Assembly: GCA_965649765.1 (NCBI GenBank)
Contig: OZ287751.1
Location: forward strand, 80,166,001 to 80,230,000
Source of the DNA: Bispira polyomma
Lineage: Eukaryota
Length of the DNA stretch: 64,000 nt
Direction of reading: 5' to 3'
Position 1 is the first letter of the stretch, and every line of letters begins with the position of its first letter. Below are positions 59,119 through 64,000 of this stretch, one piece after another. The position numbers and the translations under genes were made by a program. The notes beneath the pieces were generated by a model. That model saw only the letters and a program-made list of their open reading frames with translations. It did not search any database and had not been told where the DNA came from.

Positions 59119-61741
59119 GTAAAATATAAGTGGATATTTCAAGCCAGCTGTGAAAACTGCATTAAAATAAATATTTAAAAGCATATGTCATTTCCACAAT
59201 TTTATTCCAGTCTACGTTGTTCTAATGTACCATTGTGTACTTGTTTAGCCAACCCAAAGTAAATTAAAATGAAAACCAGTAAATACAGTTAGTTGTGAAT
59301 ATATATCTGAGTTAGTTGTAGAATATGATATAAACATAATGCTTTTGACAGAAACAAGGATCCAACTTATTGTTCACTCTTTTCTTTTTCACAAACACAA
59401 AACCAAACTGCCATGGTTGTGAGAGCATCTTAAGTATTTGGGCAGGAGCCTGGTGATTCAGTGTATATATGTCCACCCCTAAGGCTATGCACTGACTGTA
59501 AAAGCAATCAACATAAAACAGAATGAGAGTGAATTGTGACAAATCTCTACCTGAAATCCTTGATTTTAAAAACACTCACAACTGATGTTATTACGTGCCT
59601 TGAAATTCGTCCAACTATAGTGATACATGTGTTTGTGCATACCAAATCAGAAACTGCGCAATTTGGAAACGGCACTGCGAAAATTCAAAGCAATAAAATG
59701 GTTAAGGTTTTGATTACATTTTTTTGGGCCAAAAAGAAAGAATACAATTTTACAATTGGATACAGATGTTTACCTAAATATATCAAATAATTTGTGTTGC
59801 TTAAACGTATACCTGATATTAAGAAAAGTTAGGGGGACAAGTAACATAAATTAACATAAAAATTAGGGTTTTTAAAAAAAAAACTCTTGCAGTGACATGC
59901 GATATATGAAGTACATGTTGTTTTAAGAATTACCACAAATTCACATAAAAGTTTAATTCTTTTTTTTTCTTAGAAATCACATCAGTCCCATCCACTTGTA
60001 AATGTAATTTTGTTGAAGGGTATTTTTTACTTTAATAGAACTGAACATAAGACATCTATTTAATATCATCTATTTTAAATTAGATACAATTGTCAAATGA
60101 TAAACCCCAGATTTTACACAGTATATGCAATCAGGTTTTTTTCAATAATACATAGTACTTGATGACATATACAGGAAATACTTAATAGACAAATAATCAG
60201 AGATCTTCTTTAAGTAATCAATGACTCATCAAGTTGTTGAAGGGGATTCTTTTTTTTATGGACTTTCAAATTTAGTATCTATTGTAAAGGCGTGATTTAA
60301 ACACTTTCCAACGGTCAAAAAGGGTGTAATTTTTACGCTCCACTACAACTATGTTATATATCTCTGACTAGAGTGATATAAAGTATATATAAAGACCTCA
60401 ACAGTGCTTGTATTGTCATTAAAAGCTCTATGACAAAATGTCACCCAAGTACTATACTAGCTACCACTACCCCCCATGATTCTATAATTTGCTACATCTC
60501 ACAAGTTAGGAGGACACTTTAAAGATAAGCCAGTGACAGCCACTAACACACTATGGATACCTCTCTTGATGATAAAGAAATCCCCAATAAGCTGCACTTT
60601 TTAATATTTTTATCAGGCACAGCATGTTATTGTTTTCACTCTGAAAAAGGCAGCGGCCTGGCCATGTTGAAAAGTTTCGCTATGTAGGAAATAATATGTA
60701 TGTCGTTCATGCATTGGTTGGCAGCAATCGACAGGGCCAAACTGAGGGTTGTCAGATTCATATTTCGCATACTACTTTTATGTGTCTTTTTAAAAAGACA
60801 AATCTTGTTATAATACTCTATAAGTGGAATTTTTAGCTGTTATTTGTTAGAACTTTCACTGGAATCACATAATTTCACTCTTGACTTCTTTATGGATTAA
60901 AATATCTATTCTAAGTTTAAATTTTTCAATGGGAATTAAATCTTCACTATATATTCACTCGTATTAGCTCAATGTATTGTCTCAGTGAAAATTTCCCCTT
61001 AAACCAATATACATATTAGTTCTTTTATACAAGCCTTTTTTTATCTTTAATCATTGTGTATATATAGAGAGAGATACTTTTTTTTTTTTGCTTTAGGTCA
61101 AGAAACACTTGGGATAAAAGTCACACACACACCTGAAAAAATGTCCAAAGTGTTTACATATCTGTCAACTAAATAAAACTAACAGTGGCACTTGTTATAG
61201 CCTCAATTTCCACCTGTGTGTTACAAGTAGTTGATAATGTTCACTTAATGAAGGGACTGGACGGCTTGATATATTTTATCACCTTCTAACAAGATTTATA
61301 AAGTCTCAAGTTATTTGGGTGTTGTTTCCCCATTATCTAGGCAGTTGTCTCAAGTTATGGTCACAAAAAATGAAAAAAAAACTAGTTATATGGTGTGTTT
61401 TTTTGAAATGTGAGAATGTGTGACTGTTTTAAACATCATTTAATTAGAGTCGATTCAGGCATAATGCAACGAATCCAGGAATCTTTACCAGTTTCGTCAA
61501 TACGACATGCCTTGGTGGAGGTATGTGGCTTTAGTGTAATAACATCATTAGATAATTTGCATTGAGTAGTATACCAATGTTAGATTTGAACCTGAGGCCA
61601 AATCGCCTGGGGACTAGAGACAAAGTACCATCAATTATACAAGGATAGGTCCTGTTTTGGGGGTGGGGGTGGGGGTGTGTGATATGAACCAATACACACA
61701 AACACACCATGAGAATTAAAATAACCAGATCCAGATCCACT

Positions 61742-61828
61742 CAATGAACCTAGCGGCATCAGCAGGAGTGGAACCAGGGACCTTTCGATCACCAGACCAA
61801 CTCTCTAACCACTAGGCCATAGAAGACC
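61742..61828 (-). mobile_element. SINE family A head (monomeric)
   Basis: GGAGTGGAACCAGGGACCTTTCGATCACCAGACCAACTCTCTAACCACTAGGCCA. Confidence 0.8.
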
Positions 61829-61966
61829 GCTAGGATTTGTTGTATAATAAAGCTGATATTTTAGATGGAAGAAAATCTCACTAATTTAACCATAAAATTA
61901 AATTTTTACCCTATGGACAACATATGTTTTGTTAAAAATTATAACATACATTGAATGGTTATATCC

Positions 61967-62118
61967 GAGCCCAACTTCCGATTTGGCCAATCTTAAGATG
62001 GGTTCTAGCCCAACTTAGGATCCAACTTAGTTTGGCAGCCTATCTTAAGATGGGTCAGCCCATATTAGGATTGGCTAGCCCAACTTAAGATTGACCAAAT
62101 CGAAAGTTGGGCTCCAAC
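61967..62118. mobile_element. Palindromic MITE, most complete copy
   Basis: ~36-bp inverted arms GAGCCCAACTT(C/T)CGATTTGG(C/T)CAATCTTAAG(A/T)TGGG. Confidence 0.8.
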
Positions 62119-62964
62119 GATTACACTAGGATATATAATTTTCACTGTCCAAGCTACTTACAAATAAAGGAGAGTCTTTCTGAAGATGTCTTTTTTCACA
62201 CAGTTATACAAGAGGTATCTTAACATAAGTAATCCGATGACTTCTCAGACATAGGTATCAATTTGAATGTATATCTCTTATATTTAGCCTCTTACTGGAG
62301 ACAACAGACAGGTTTTATCTTCACAATGAGCTAGTTGACGTGTGTGAATTACATCTCTATACTTTTTAGGCTTTTGATCTTTGGTTTTGTACTGAGAAAA
62401 ACCTCCTCAAGATAGCATAATTGTTTGTTTGTTTTTTTTTGTTCTTTTTTTGTATTTGTTTTATTTTTATAGATTGAGGGAGAGAGTTTGCAGTAGACAT
62501 ATTATGGGTCTTGAAATTTGTCAATCACTCAAAATTAGCATTAACAAGAGTTGTCCTTTAAAAAAAGACACAGGCCACAGTGTAAGAAGTATGAATATGA
62601 CACTCCTTAGTTTGGCAAGGCTGATTGCTTCCAACCAAATCTATGAATGCCTTACATATTATTTCCAACATGGTAAGGCTTTCCAACAAGGCTGCGCCCT
62701 TTTTAGAATGACAACAATATCAGGCGGCTCCTGATAAAAATAGACAACTGAGTTTGAAATCATAGGCAGGTTTAATATTGTTATAGTTTGAGTCAGTGTA
62801 TAGAGGTTAAAAACATGATTTTTGGGGGGACCCACAATGAAACATGACTAATTGACACTATATACACATATATAGCCTAAAAACTAGTTCAAAATATAAC
62901 ATATTTGAACTTTATTTTAGACATGAAATGAAAATATATCATTTGTTATATATAGACCACTTAT

Positions 62965-63264
62965 ACAACACAGGGCGGTTTCAAATGCGCTTTCTCATGG
63001 GCAGCTACTATGGCCGCTGAGGCTTGCTTGAGGATGACCATTCATCAACGTCCACAAGGATATATAATCTGCCACTGGAGATATTATTCACTGACAGAGG
63101 ACCGCCATTTTAAGTGGTCATCCGTGCCACTAAGCAAAGTTGTGTTCACATCTTGCCCAAGGATGTTATCCCACCAAATGAGACTAGCGGTCGGTACTGG
63201 GATATAGAACCGGGGACCTACTGATCATCACACCAACATCCTAACCACTAGACCATGAAAGATC
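62965..63264 (-). mobile_element. Composite SINE: family A head and CORE-like block joined to a Deu/Nin-like domain and a different tail
   Basis: Head and GTTCACATCTTGCCCAAGGATG as in family A; GACCGCCATTTTAAGTGGTCATCCG and TGCCACTGG as in family C. Confidence 0.65.
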
Positions 63265-64000
63265 ACAGAAAATATATTTGAAGTATAAAATGTTAACACA
63301 CAAACTGGAACACTATCTATATGAATGTACCTTGACTTGAAAATACTATTTCCCCTGTTGTTACTACAGTTGTCAGGGTAACTCACACATACAGTCACCA
63401 AAATGATACAAAATTGTTTATGTTAATAAAGTGCATGTGTCAGGCAAAGTGTGGATGTTGTTAGTTCCATTAAGAAGCTCCCTTCCCTTTTTCTGGTGGT
63501 CAAGCCATGTAAATATACACATTTTATGCTTCAAATGCCCAAATAGAAAATTGTTCAATTTTTAAGAGTGAATGTTATCAGTTTTAACAAGCAGTCTATC
63601 TGGCATATATATATTTATCTATGTACGTCATACAAACATTTAGCATGTTTTCTTATGACCCCGGAATTTATTTGTTATCGCAACTCAAAAATGTCCTTAT
63701 ACAGATAAGATAACCACGAATGGCGTGGACAGAGACGAAACTATGAAGCCATAGAATAAAATTTACTAATAATTTTGTATTTTTTTTACTTAAAGTCTAC
63801 CTTAATGTTGGATTTATCTGGGTTTTTTTTGTGTTTTTTTTTTTTAATAATATAAAATATATCTAAACTAACATTCCAATGTATTATATATATGGACAGA
63901 ACTTTTGTTTTTAGATATATTTGTTCTTTATTTTTTATTGTTAATTATTTTTGTCTATTACAAATAATATATATAGTAAGCACTTTTCAAGCTAAACTTA

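Noticed and set aside
57076-59184. 702-aa (minus) and 667-aa (plus) repetitive ORFs
   Set aside because: They arise because the 54-bp unit is a multiple of 3 and stop-free in those frames. Both strands are open, there is no flanking domain, and the units are near-identical at DNA level.
50450-61220. Snail autoregulatory CAGGTG/CACCTG sites around the gene
   Set aside because: Only scattered single sites; no clustering beyond expectation.
6308-63264. tRNA genes
   Set aside because: All A/B-box-containing segments run into SINE bodies and lack a complete cloverleaf.

Overview
AT-rich, CpG-depleted metazoan genomic DNA. The SINE/LINE repertoire suggests a lophotrochozoan such as a mollusc, but the taxon is inferred, not proven. 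Three components are present. (1) Bases 1-4033 are the 3' part of a tyrosine-recombinase (DIRS-order, Ngaro/PAT-type split-direct-repeat) retrotransposon. It has frameshifted RT/RNaseH and YR ORFs followed by B1-A2-B2 repeats. These repeats carry much structure: a palindrome array in B, a long G-U-containing hairpin in A, and complementarity between the predicted transcript start and the end of B. (2) One clear host gene, a two-coding-exon Snail-family repressor on the minus strand (52534-52324 joined to 49642-47121). It predicts an unusually long 910-aa protein with SNAG and five zinc fingers, plus TATA/CCAAT and poly(A) signals. (3) About 42 kb downstream and 11 kb upstream with no other recognisable gene. 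This holds tRNA-derived SINEs of at least three families, L2 and other LINE remnants, MITEs, Helentron-like elements, candidate enhancers, and two minisatellites (66 bp, and a 54-bp array with two GATA sites per unit just upstream of snail). The long ORFs over the minisatellites are artefacts. Repeat boundaries were read by eye and are approximate.
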